From: Harriotta raleighana
Taxonomy: Eukaryota
NCBI GenBank assembly: GCA_050575255.1
Contig: JBNZDD010013618.1
Coordinates: 2,356-66,355 of the forward strand
Reading direction: 5' to 3'
Length of the DNA stretch: 64,000 bases
In this document: piece after piece, positions 1 through 12,513 of the stretch
Position numbering within the stretch: the stretch's first letter is position 1
Layout of the letters: each line of letters opens with the position of its first letter
Notes under the pieces: generated by a model
Database searches by the model: none
The model's input: the letters and a program-made list of their open reading frames with translations, nothing else
Told to the model about the DNA's origin: nothing
Program-made: the position numbers and the translations under genes

Positions 1-318
1 CCAGCCAGCACCTCCCTGCCTGTCCAGCCAGCACCTCCCTGCCCGTCCAGCCAGCACCTCCCTGCCCACCAGCCAGCACCTCCCTGCCCACCAGCCAGCA
101 CCTCCCTACCCACCAGCCAGCACCTCCCTTCCCACCAGCCAGCAAACTCCCTACCCACCAGCCAGCACCTCCCTTCCCACCAGCCAGCAAACTCCCTGCC
201 TATCCAGCCAGCAACTCCCTGCCTGTCCAGCCAGCACCTCCCTGCCCATCCAGCCAGCACCTCCCTGCCCACCAGCCAGCACCTCCCTGCCCACCAGCCA
301 GCACCTCCCTGCCCAGCA
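1..318. repeat. GC-rich minisatellite, ~19-22 nt unit CCAGCCAGCACCTCCCTGCC(C/TGT)
   Basis: About 15 imperfect tandem copies are directly visible; the array runs off the window start. Confidence 0.95.
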
Positions 319-472
319 GGGAGGCCTTTGGTTGCCCCCACCCCCAGAGAACTGGAATATCAGAGAAAACAGGGGGAGACTCGACAGAAGATAATGAATG
401 TATTGGAACCATGAAATAGCAAAGGAAGATGATTTGGGCGGGTTGGATTAATTAGTAATAAAACCTGTAAAT

Positions 473-796
473 GGAGCTCCTGTAGGTCAATGGTTAGAGC
501 ACTCGCCTTACAAGCGAGAGACCTTGTTCTAATCCGGTCAGGTCAGAGCGAAACCTTGGGCAAGTTTTTTTTACTCCACACACACGCCTAACAATAATCC
601 CTCCAAAAAAAACACACTATAATAAAAATTGGTAATTTCAATCCACGACTGTTTGTGGGGACACTGCTGTACGTAATTGGCTGCCGCGTTTCGCCCACAA
701 ATGTACAATCAACTCACTTTAAAGTACATTCTGTGAAGTGCTTTGAGAAGACGTAAAAAACACTATCAAATGCAAGGATTATTATTATTTATTATA
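473..796 (+). mobile_element. tRNA-derived SINE, near full length (dominant family of the window)
   Basis: Head GGAGCTCCTGTAG..TGGTTAGAGCACTCGCCTTACAAGCGAG (A box), body CAATCCACGACTGTTTGTGGG..CGCCCACAAAT, tail TGTGAAGTGCTTTGAG..TATCAAATGCAAGGATTATTATT. More than 20 copies or fragments in the window. Confidence 0.9.
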
Positions 797-974
797 AGGG
801 GTAACCACACAAGATAATCTCTACAAGCGCAGAGCGAGAGATTGGAAGAAATGTTTCTTTAAACACCAATGGATTATTAGGATGTAGATTAGAAGGTGGT
901 ACCACAGGTGCCTTTTGAAGCTGGGTTACATTATGTCATTTAAGAGGGAGTTTGGATAAACACTTGAATAATGA

Positions 975-1150
975 ATATAATAATAATCCTTATATTTGAT
1001 ATAGCGCTTTTCACATCTTAATCACGTCTCAAAGTGCTTCACAGAATATACTATAAAGTGAATTGACTATATATTTGTGAAAGAGCGAAACGTGGCAGCT
1101 AATTGCACACAGCGGCATCCTCACGAACAATTGTGGATTGAAAATTACCC
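975..1150 (-). mobile_element. SINE 3' half
   Basis: Reverse complement of the SINE tail and body (AATAATCCTT..TTTGATATAGCGCTTTTCACATC..). Confidence 0.85.
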
Positions 1151-3639
1151 AATATATACTGCATCCCCTGGATCCAGTCACTTACCCTATTTGTACTGTA
1201 TGGAGTATTAGTCTAGGATGGAATTGGTGCATATGCTTTTTATGTGGTCAACACAGCACAGGCATGTTGTATACAGTACTGTATTTTAAACTGAATAATG
1301 CTCATCCCCCTGTTTCAATAAATGAGGCTTCGAGTGAAATCAAGCTCACAGACCCAGACATCCTCTGTTTAATATGTTGTCTGTACTGAGTTTCCCAAAC
1401 TCAAGCCATCAAGGCTGTGGCAGAGGTTGCAGAGAAGGAAAAATGTCTGGGTTCTTGTATCTGATACTTACTGAGAGATCCCTATTGTAAAGTGTCTGGA
1501 TGTTGGGTGAGTCCAAGATCAGAATGGGTTAATGATGATCCTGAAACTTAAACATCTTGCTGAAACACAATTAGTTAGGGGAAATTTCTGTAGCAAGCCA
1601 CAAGGGTAGGGAAAGGGAAAAGGGAGGGGGAGATAAAGAATAAAAACTATTTTTAAGTAAAAATTGCAATGTCATGAGAAAGGCAAAACAGTTGGGAATA
1701 TTAAATTGAGTAGAATTTTGGAGCTCTGATATAGTTACAAAATCCCTTTTTGAAGAAGTTTACATTTTGTACCATCTGGTTTAATAAATCCTTTCTTTCC
1801 TGCTAACGTGTTTCTAAATCTTTCAATCTTTCAACCTTTTGCCCATAAATATACAGTCAATTTAATTTTCAGTACACAGTATTCTGTGAAGCACTTTGAG
1901 ACTTCTAGAAGACGTGAAAAGCACTATATCAAAATGCAAGGATTATTATTATTTATTATATAATCTATTGACAATAATATTTTTGATTTTACCAAATTAT
2001 GTTCTGACCTTATTAAATCTACTGACATCTTAAATCTGTCTCCATTGTATGTATGGGACATTTGGTTTCAAAATGGGACTCTGGGACTCTACTCTGTGCA
2101 ATATAACAACAAAATTACATTTGTATAGCTCCTTTCACATCAGGAGGATGTCCCAAGGCTCTAGACAGTCATGGTTTTCGACGAGTTGCGGTCGGGATCG
2201 GGGAGAGTGGAGAGAAGTGAGAGGAACAGGGGTGACCGATGGCATGGTCAAAGAGGCAAGTCGTTGTTTCTTTATCTGCATCATATTAGGATGCTTGTAA
2301 TTAATATCACATGGGTGATTCCAAAAAGTCATTTGATCTCATCCTTCCAGAGTATACCAACTTCCCATTTCAGCATCAGGATGTTTCTTAAATTAGTTCA
2401 GTGTCCTGGCCTCAAGTATCCTTGCTAATATCCAAAATTAGCTGCTGTTTAATCTTAGTAAATGACAGAAAGGTCCCAATGCAGATTCAGATAGTGGCAT
2501 ATATGACAAGTTAATAAAAGTGACATTGCTCTGTCAAAGAGCCGGCACAGACTCGATGGGCCAAATGGCCTCCTTCTGTGCCGTAACATTCTACGATTCT
2601 ATGAAGTCCAAATATTTCCCCTTCATAGCTCTGAGCTATTGGATATGCAGTGGATAGATTTCATTCAACCCATTTGCAAAGTCCAGAACCAAGCAGTGAG
2701 TTGAATTTGTAGTTGCTGATAGCTGTGGCCTACACTGACCTGTTTCTGAGCACCCTGGAGATGAGATTAGCTTGACAGTGAACAAGCCTATTTAGTAAAG
2801 CCCCTCAGGATGAACTGGATTAAGTTGTTGGTGATGAGTAAACCTTGTAAACAGCATTAGACCTCCAGAACATCAAGGTGATTGGCACATTACAGATTAT
2901 CCTCTACAGGTCCTCCCACCTTGCTGAAGCCAGATGTCCACTAAATAGCTGGTGAAGAAACCTGGAGGATTGGGATATTAGCTGCTGGATGACATTATAA
3001 TAATAATTTAATAATCCTTGCATTTGAAATAGCGCTTTTCACATCTTATCGACATCTGAAATCTGCCTGGATTCAAACACAGGTCTCACACTTGTAAATC
3101 GAGTGCTCTAACCACTGAGCTTTACAGGAGCTCCACATTACCTGGTGTCTGAGTTGTCAGACACACAAGTGCTTAGTATTGACTGGTGTACAATAACAAC
3201 TTGCACTTATATGCAGAGAAGTAAGCGGTTACTGCTCAATGGGTAGGGATGTACATCTGAGTATTGGGCAGGACAATGGGAGGAATGATCTGACATATAT
3301 CATACTGATGGTGCTCATCAAAAAGCTTGAGAGAGTTCTTAATACCTGCTCTCCACCAAGTGAGGGATGAAACCTTCACTTCTCAGGTGGCAAGTAACCT
3401 GTTTACTATCAGGAAGTGGGTGGGGGGCAGTTAAATGAATTTCCTTAGAGCTGAATTGAGAATATTAGATTCAAGTTAACTCTCTGTGGCAGTCTCGGGT
3501 ACCCTGTTCCTGTACCAGACAAGTTCACACTACTCTTAAGGCACTGCTGATGATCATGGTTTCACCTAGAGAATACACAGACAATCCATTTTACATATCC
3601 TATGAAGCACTTTGAGATGTCTCAACAATGTGTTGCGTT

Positions 3640-4540
3640 GCTACAACAACCTCCACTTATATAGTGCCCTCCACGCAGAGCAGCATCTCAGAGTACTTAG
3701 TGGCAAATTGTGGCAAATTTTGACTCCTAGCTGGGGGTGGGGAGATGACTGTATGCACGGTTGAAAAAGGATGTTTTCAGAAGGACTTGGGAAAAAGGGA
3801 ATAGAGGGAGCAAGGCTGAGGAGAGTGTTCCATATCTTCAGTGTCTGAAAGCACAAGCTCCAATGGTAGAATGGAGGGTGCAAAGAAGAAGCAGGAGGTA
3901 GGAGCCAGTTGAATGGAAGCATCAGGAGAGTGAAGAGTTTGGAGAGGTAGGGAGATGCCAGAGAATTAATGGATTCAAACAAGAAGTGAGGTTTTTGAAA
4001 TCAATCTGTTCGGTGATGGGGAGCCAGTGGAGCCTGGCCAGAACTGGTGAGTTGGGGGTATGGACACCTAGATTGCGCACTGGTTCAGTGAATCTGAAGG
4101 AGAGCCCAGGGAGGTTGAACAGTTTAGATCCGCAGGATTGAAGATGTCGTTAATGGGACATCTTGTCCACATTTAGCTACAGGAAGTTTGCTTTCATTCA
4201 GGCCCTGATATCTGTCAGACAAACTGATAGAACATCAGCAGACCTGCAGTCAATGCTAGAGCAGACAATGTAGATTTGTGTCTCCAGATGACCTAAGATG
4301 GAGCATATAAATGAGGCAATGAAGAGGGCCAAAGATGGAGCCCTGGGATATCCTGGAGGTGATCGGATGGGGTCAGGAAGATAATCCATTTGCTGAGATG
4401 AAGTGGAGGTTGTTGGTTAAGTAGGATTTGAATCATGCAAGTACCGTCCCACTAAGGTGGATGAGGGAGGAGAGGAAAGTGGAGGAGGATGGCCTGATCA
4501 ACTGTGTCAAATGCGGCAGAGAGATCCAGAAGGATGATTG
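3640..4540 (-). mobile_element. Degenerate L2-clade LINE 3' portion
   Basis: Starts with the reverse L2 tail (CAACAAC..CACTTATATAGTGCC); the purine-rich body resembles the better preserved L2 copies at 41210 and 60880. Confidence 0.65.
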
Positions 4541-4667
4541 CTAAATCCAAATGCAAGTATTATCATAAGCGTATTTTGATGCATAGAAATATGCATCAAA
4601 ATGAGAGGAGAGGAGAATTCACTTTAGCACTCCACACAGAACAAACTGAATATATTTGTCATTTTGT

Positions 4668-5640
4668 GCTCAGTGGTTAGAGCACTTGCCTTACAAGCAT
4701 GAGACTTGTGTTCGAATCCAGGCAGATCAGGGCAAAACCTTGGGCAAGTTTCCTTACTCCACATGCCTAATAATAATCTGTCCAAAAAAACAATAATAAA
4801 AATTGATCATTTTCAATCCACGACTGTTTGTGGGACACTGCTGTGTGCATTTGACTGCCGCATTTCGGCCACAAATTTACAGTATATTCTGTGAAGATCT
4901 TTGAGATGTCGATAAGATGTGAAAAGCGCTATATCAAATGCAATGATTATTATTATTACAGTATTATGGTTCGCCCATAAAATAGTTTCCAAATCCATTT
5001 TATAGTATATCCGGTGAAGCGATTTGAGATGTTTCAACAATATGAGATATCAAATGCAAGGATTATTATTCTTGTTATTATTTGTTCATGAATTGTTCTG
5101 TTGCCAAAGTACTGACATGACAAAATATTGATATCTAAAAAAAAACAATAATAAATTGGTCATTTTCAATCCACGACTGTTTGTGGGACACTGCTGTGTG
5201 CATTTGACTGCCGCATTTCGGCCACAAATTTACAGTATATTCTGTGAAGATCTTTGAGATGTCGATAAGATGTGAAAAGCGCTATATCAAATGCAATGAT
5301 TATTATTATTACAGTATTATGGTTCGCCCATAAAATAGTTTCCAAATCCATTTTATAGTATATCCGGTGAAGCGATTTGAGATGTTTCAACAATATGAGA
5401 TATCAAATGCAAGGATTATTATTCTTGTTATTATTTGTTCATGAATTGTTCTGTTGCCAAAGTACTGACATGACAAAATATTGATATCTAAAAAAAAACA
5501 ATAATAAATTGGTCATTTTCAATCCACGACTGTTTGTGGGACACAGCTATGTGCAATTGGCTGCCGCGTGTTGGCCACATATATACAGTCAATTCACTTT
5601 ACAGTATATTCTGTGAAGCACTTTGGGGTGTCTAGAAGCC
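4668..5640 (+). repeat. SINE cluster with a 353-nt tandem duplication
   Basis: TCAATCCACGACTG recurs at 4813, 5166 and 5519; two identical 75-aa antisense ORFs lie 353 nt apart. Confidence 0.9.
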
Positions 5641-6297
5641 AAAAAAACAAAGCCTTATTATGTTTATACAAAAATAGACTTGTATAATTGTGCCAATATC
5701 CTATCATATATTTTACTTTAAAGCTGTCCTTTCTTTTGATTTGCTACAAAATATATTCTCCTGCAATATAGTCGCATCATATTACATTAAAATCCTGTGA
5801 AGTGTTGTGAGACATCTACCATGTAAATGTAATTTGTTGTTGTTGCACATGAAAGGTGCTATATCAAATGCAAGGATTATTATGATGTAACTTTCATATT
5901 GGTGTTGTTATATCCTAAAACTATCCTAAAAACACTTTTGCAGTTTCATAATAATCCTTGCATTTGATATAGAGCTTTTCACATCTTCTAGACATCTCAA
6001 AATGATTCACAGAATATACTGTAAAGTAAATTGACTGTGTATATATATACTGCATACAGTGTATGTACTGTATATACTTACTCAACAAACACCTTTCTTT
6101 CCCCTGCTCAGTGCTCTCTACTATCTCAAAGAAATACAAGCTCAGGGGTATATGGGTGCATGTTTTTGTTTTCACAGGGCTTGAATAACAAAAACAACAA
6201 AATTGCATTTCTTCACATCGAGAGGATGTCCCAAGGCACTGAACAGTCAGGGGTCGGGATAATAATGCAAGTACAATAATGCGGAATAAGTCACCCA

Positions 6298-7075
6298 ACA
6301 ATAACAAAATTACATTTATAGAGCGCCTTTCATATCGGGAAGACTTCCCAAGGCGCTGAACAGTTAGGTTGGGACCCTAGCAGGGGGGAGAAAGGGTCGG
6401 GTTAGGGGGACGGAGAGTAGGAAAGCGGGGAGAATTAGGAGGGCAGCAGATATAGTCAGTATTTTCCTGCTTTTCTTCCCCCGACCCCTCCCCCCACTTG
6501 ACTGTACAGCGCCTTGGGACGTCCTCCTGACGTGAAAGGCGCTATATAAATACAATAAATAAATAAATAAATAAAATAAAAGAAGGCAGTCGAAGAGGAA
6601 GGTCAGCGCTTCAGTCCTCCCGATGTGAAAGGCACTATATAAGTGTAATTTTGTTGTTGTTTTGAGACCANAGGGGAGAAAGGGTCGGGTTAGGGGGACG
6701 GAGAGTAGGAAAGCGAGGAGAATTAGGAGGGCAGCAGAAGGCAGTCGAAGAGGAAGGTCAGCGCTTCAGTCCTCCCGATGTGAAAGGCACTATATAAGTG
6801 TAATTTTGTTGTTGTTTTGAGACCAGCCTTGAAGGAGGAAAGGGAGAAAGCAAAGGGATTGCGGGATGGCGTTCCAGAGTTTGGGGGCAGAGAGGCTGAA
6901 AGGCCAGCCACCGAGGTAGGGCGATTCGGGTGGGGGACATGGAGCAGGCCAGAGCCCGCTTAATGGAGGGGACGGGCAGGCTGATAGGGAAACAACAGGT
7001 TGGAGAGATAAGTGGGAGGCAATGCTGTGAATGGCCTGGAAAGTGAGGACAAGGATCTTGAATTCAAATATGGAT
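6298..7075 (-). mobile_element. L2 LINE 3' end with nested short insertions and a haplotype duplication around N6671
   Basis: Reverse L2 tail at 6298-6365; ORF remnant FEFKILVLTFQAIHSIA matches the L2 ORF2 C-terminus. Confidence 0.85.
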
Positions 7076-7399
7076 AACGCAAATAAAGTGATCTGAAAAG
7101 GGGAAACAAACACAACAGGGAGAATAAGAGTGCATGAATGAGATGCCGAGCTGAATTGTGGACATTCTTTCACAGTGAACTGCAGGAGATTTAAAAACCT
7201 GGGGCAAGGCAAGGGAAAGGTTCCAGTATTTGTACTGTACAGTATTTCAGTTCCTGAGTGACCAGGTCTGAACAACCAATATTTGATGGTGGAATATTAG
7301 TCTTGCAGTAGTCGTGTGTGTGTGCATTTTTCCCCCAACGCACAGAAATCAAACATTGGAGACCTCCAGGGAAAGAAAGGTCACACACCAAGTGGATCC

Positions 7400-7728
7400 T
7401 CTGAGCCTTGCAAAGCCTGTGACGTGCATGGTAAGCATGCTCGGAGGGAAAGCGCTGGGTGGGCAGTGCGCATGCTCCAGGGGAAAGGGACGCCGCGCGT
7501 GCACTCTGTCACGTGTGTGTGCTGCTGCGGCTGCGCGGAGAGTCGAGGCGGGGAGAGCGAGAGAGAGAGATCGAAGAGGCGGCTGCGGCGGCGCCCACGA
7601 CACACTCAGGCCCGAGAGAGACACGAGAGCCGACACTAATACAGGCCCGAGAGACAGGAGCTGAGGATACTCGCAGCCCAGAGCCACACAGAGAGAGAGA
7701 GAGAGAAAGAGAAACACTACGACCAACC
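7400..7728 (+). promoter_or_regulatory. HNRNPU: HNRNPU promoter and 5' UTR at the start of a CpG island (~7440-9000)
   Basis: Sharp rise in CpG, no TATA box, TGACGT (CRE half-site), TGCGCATGC (NRF1-like) at ~7468, GTCACGTG E-box at ~7508, GA-rich leader before ACCATGA. Confidence 0.7.
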
Positions 7729-8524
7729 ATGAGCGACGTGAACGTGAAAAAACTCAAAGTGTCTGAGCTGAAGGAGGAGCTGAAAGAGCGCGGCCTCGGC
7801 GTGCAGGGCCTGAAGGCCGAGCTCCAGGAGAGGCTGCAGGAGGCCTTGGACAAGGAGTCCGCCGACCACGATGTCATTATCCTCGAGGACGATGCGGCGG
7901 GCGGCGGAGCTGGCGGGCACCGCGAGCTGAGCCCCCTCTCGGCCGGTCAGAACGGCAACGAGGAAGCGCTGGGGGTGGGGGAGAGCGAGGGAGAGTTGGG
8001 CCTGGATGAGCTGCCCGACACACTGCTCGATGATGATGAGGAGGAGGAGGAGGAAGATGAGGAGGACGAGGAAGAAGAGGAAGAGGATGAGGAAGAGCAG
8101 GTGGCGGCGGGAAACAATGCCGGGCCTCAGCCTCTGGGCCTCAACACAAAGGGACTGAACGGCGACAAGCCGCAGGGGGAGCCCCCGGCCACCGCTTCAA
8201 AACAGGAGGCGGCGGTGAAGGAGCCGCAGACCGAGGCCCCAGCGGAGGGTGGTTTAGCGGCTCCCGCCCAGGCCTCCCCGGAGAAACCAAACGAGGCCAA
8301 GAAAGTAGCGCCGGGCCTGGCGGCCGCCGCGAGTGGAAGCGAAAGCGGACCAGCCGAGGAGGGGAAGAACGGGGCGGCCGCGCAGAGCCCGGAGGAGCCG
8401 ATGGAGCTGGGGGCTGAGCTGAAGCCGGAGGTGCGGCCACACAAACCGCAACAGCAGCAACAGAAGAAGAAGAAGGATGTGCAGATGGAGAAAGGTCCGT
8501 CAGCCGCCCGGCCTCAAGCCTCAG
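7729..8524 (+). CDS. HNRNPU: HNRNPU coding exon 1 (SAP domain, acidic tract)
   Basis: [41 protein letters not shown] is the hnRNP U SAP domain. Donor CAG|GTACGA at 8524/8525 is phase 1 and joins exon 2 in frame. An alternative same-phase donor lies at 8494. Confidence 0.9.
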
Positions 8525-10496
8525 GTACGAGGAGGAGCTGCCGAGTGTGGCGGTTCCCAGGCCACTCACTGTCGGCGGGGTTTGGGCTGTTTATGGGGGA
8601 GGGTGTGGGGGGGGTAGGATTGGCGATTTCATTATTGTGTGCTGGCTGTACAGCGGAGGGCGGGCTGTTTTGTGTGAGCGAGGGCGATCATTTTCATAAC
8701 ATTTGCATACTTATTGCTAGTATATGTTGTGGCTGCTGTGTCAGTGGGAGGTGTAGATGTGTGTCTGGGGGATGGTGCCGGTTGGCGTGTACGTTGTGTG
8801 TTTTTTTTTGGTGCCGGTTAGTTTGGAGATGAGACAGTCGCGGCGAGCGGCGGGGCGCGCGTGTTTAAACCCTTTCAAACGGCAACTGTGCCTTCCAAAC
8901 GCCACTTCCGGCGCCGCGCTGATCCCATTGGTCGTGATCCAGCTCCTGAAGTGCTCGTCAAGACCCTTCGCTTGCAGCACTAGGGAAAATGGAGGCGAGG
9001 GGAAGAGAAAGAGGGGAAATGGAGGAGGGGGGATATAGAGGGGGGAAATTCACATCTTGGGCAAAGTTCTTGGATAGGCTGACATAAGCCTCGTAATTTT
9101 TAAGTTTTTTTTAATAAAAAAAAGAGAGCAAATATGTACAGTGAATAGCTAGGCATTGGATACGAAGTTTAAGGTTTTAACAAATTGTGATTTTAGCCAG
9201 GTGCCCATTCACATTTAATGAATAAATCTCCATTCGGATACACCAAAATTGAAGGAGCTATCCAGCTGTCTATTTTCTGGAATAGTCTATTATTATTTTA
9301 AACTGCTGCAGGAAATGCTTTAGTGCCTGATATATAATTCTGTAATTTTAGCAAACAACCTTGGTACTGTGCCTTTTAAATGTTTGAATCAGAAGGCTTT
9401 GCTGATTAGCACATTATATGAGCTAACTGATAAGAGGCTACAGTTTTGTGGCTGATGAGAATTTTCTTGTTAATTAGAGGGAAAACTCAGAATACTTAAT
9501 TTGGCTTTCACATAAATTTTAATAAACAATAATAATCCTTGCATTTGATATAGCGCTTTTCACATCTTCTGGAAGTCTCAAAATGCTTCATAGAATATAC
9601 TTCAAAGTGAATTACTGTATATTTGGGTGAAATACAGCAGCCAATGTGCACAGCAGTGTCTCACGGTTGTGGATTGAGACACAACTATGAATTATTAGTG
9701 TTGATTTATATGCAAGTGAATCTCTATACATTTGAAACTACAAATGTTGCAACAATGTTCAGACTTTAGGTTGGTTTGATTGTGGCATGTCTAGATGTTA
9801 TTTTTAAATCTGAGAAACAAGGTAAAGCCCAAAGTGCAATTTGATAGTGGTGGAAAAAAACAAGAAAATGTCAAATTTGCATCTTAGGGACCTGTAGAAG
9901 ACCGAGATTAAGGGAGTTCAGCAGTTGCAGTCTGATAGAGAGAGGTATAATGACTTGGTTATTGCTAGTCTGTGTTTCTGCCTTCACTGTAAATGTACCG
10001 AGAATGCTCCCAGATCTTCAGGTTACCATTAATGTCACTTCCATGGTTGTTGCACATTTGTAACCTGTTTATAGTTTTGAAGATGGGTAGCCATCTTTCT
10101 GCATGAAACTCTGTACCCCCATCACAACAGTCTTTGCCTGGCTCCCAATCACTGAATGACACTATAAATGCAAGTAGTTGTTGTTGCTGCACATTTGTAA
10201 TATGGGGGGTAGGTAAACAACTGTTGGTACCCATAAAGGTGCAAGGGAAGTGGAGGATAGTTTAAAATATCTTTAGTGTGGATTTCTAAACCTGCAGAAT
10301 GACAGTAATATTACCTGCAAAGCAATGTCAATATGGCCAGGAAAGGGTTATGAAGCACTGGGGGTAGGGTGTTGTCTTTCACAGCTCGTGCAAGCCAAAG
10401 AGTAGGGTGGTCCCAGCTGGACATCTACAACAAGTTGCATTTGTGTAGAACCTTTCACATTAGGAGGAAGTCCCAAGGCACTGAAACAAGCAGTGG

Positions 10497-10562
10497 TAAA
10501 GTTTGCCCAACAGCGATATCAATGTCAAGCTTGACATTGATATCGCTGTTGGGCAAACTTTA
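10497..10562. repeat. Perfect 66-bp palindrome with no spacer
   Basis: TAAAGTTTGCCCAACAGCGATATCAATGTCAAG is followed immediately by its exact reverse complement. Confidence 0.97.
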
Positions 10563-12000
10563 ATGGTTAGACTCCAAGAGCACTCCACACTCACACTCTG
10601 GGGTCCCCAAGCTCTTGCCAATCTGTGCCTAATACTTTCTTGAATTAGATAAGCAGGATGTGTCCCTCCAGGGGAGAGTCTGCATTCCATTCAAACAGTC
10701 TTTCCCTGAGATTTCCATGTGTGGATGAGGTACATGGAAAATTCAGCTTGGTTTGGATAATCTTAAGTATGGTGATGGGTTTCTGCATTTGTCAGACACC
10801 TAGTACTCAAAAAAAAAGTGCCACTTAGAACAGCAATTGTGGGGGTGGAAAGATCAGGTGAGTTGACAGGATTTAAATCAGAAAAAGAAGCAGCACAAAA
10901 TGTTCAAGGCCATTCCAGTTAGATGCAGCAAACCATATTCTTTTAGAAAAGGATGAACAAGTATACTGATTAATTTAGATGCAAATTAACCCTAGTAACA
11001 TTTATATCTTTTTATGTTTTCACTGATAGGAGTAGTCCTAAAGTCACATTAAGAATGTATGTTATAAGCCTGCATACATGTTACAAGCCTGTCAGATGTC
11101 CAATGACTATCGACTGACCAATCCTAGAGTAGATTATTCTGTAGAGTTGAATTCATTTGAGGGTGACATCTGGGAAAGGAAGATCAGAATCGAGAAGATC
11201 CTGTGTTGTGGGATAATAATCTATATTGCAGTAATTCAAGGCACCGTTGATGATGGACTAAACACTGGTTTGTTAGCAGGACTTTGAGAAGCAGACTAAT
11301 TAGTGGGAACTGATATTTTTTCCACTTGGTGGCGATTAAATCTGCACCCAGCTGCTCCCGTACACCCCCCTCCCCTCCAATTTTTTTTCACAAGCCCTGG
11401 AAGCCTAAGCCCAAGATTAGTTTTAGCTGGACAGCAAGTTGGAAGCTTGCCAATGCCTACAATGATAAGTTGTGTTATAATTGGTTAAACTCCTAGTGCA
11501 TTCTTGCATGTGTCTCAACTCTCTGGGATTTGATAAGCAAGGTGCTTGCCAGACAAATGGAATCAATACATATGTGGAGTTGTCAGTATTTGTTTTAAGA
11601 TGCCTTTGAAGAATTATACATCTGAGAAACGTTTTAATTAATCTTGGCACTAAGCAGACACCTCTTAGTATTTATTGATCAAGCACTCTTGAGACGTTAC
11701 CCTGCATGGAGGGTGCTATGTAAATTCAAGTTTTGTGTTGTTGATTTGTGTCACAATGATTTTGGAAGAGTTTGCCCACACACCACTTTTAAATGCCTTT
11801 GTAATGCACTCGATGTTCGTTTCTCATCTCAACAGAAGTCAAAATAAGAGGACCTACTGAGGAATTGAGCATTAGAATTGATACAAGTTTTCACACAAAT
11901 TGGGACCAGCCGCTTTGTGGATAAACAAACAATAATTGAACATCATGCAAAGTATAAATTAACCAAATCTAACTAAAACATTGTTCAGTTGAGTTATATA

Positions 12001-12513
12001 CAGTAAAACTCTGTTTATGTGGCACCCACGGGACCTGGCCAATGGCGATTAAATGTTTTTTTCGGTTCAACAGTTCTTAAAAATAATTTAAAACACTGTA
12101 CCATATAAATAATAGAGTAATGACAGATACTGTAATAACAGAATATTGTATGGCTACTTTATTGTAAATGTTGAACAATACTATATAAATAATAGACTAA
12201 ATACACTAATAACAGATACTGTAATAATAGAATATTGTATTAGTACTTTATTATTTATACTTAACCTTTGCAATGACAGCCATGGGAGGAAAACCAAGTA
12301 TCGCAATTTTTTTTAAAACGGCAGTAGCGTGACTTTAGGCTCGACTAGCGACCAGCCGAATATCTGCACCAGTACTCGCGTGCGACAATTAATTCATTAA
12401 ATGTGTCATCACTATTCTGCCGAATAACTTCCGGTTCATCGAATCAGGACTTTTTTGAGGTTCTAGTTCAACAGGTATTCCGGTTCATCGAGTCACAGAT
12501 AAACGTTTTACTA
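12001..12513 (+). mobile_element. Non-autonomous Tc1/mariner (pogo/Tigger-like) MITE, copy 1
   Basis: TA|CAGTAAAACTCTGTTTAT ... GATAAACGTTTTACTA|TA terminal inverted repeats with TA flanks; internal sequence shared with three other copies. Confidence 0.85.

Noticed and set aside
7459-8832. 457-aa ORF as a single-exon protein or N-terminally extended hnRNP U
   Set aside because: It starts at a GTG in the GC/GA-rich leader. Homology begins at ATG 7729 and ends at the 8524 donor; the rest is intron read-through.
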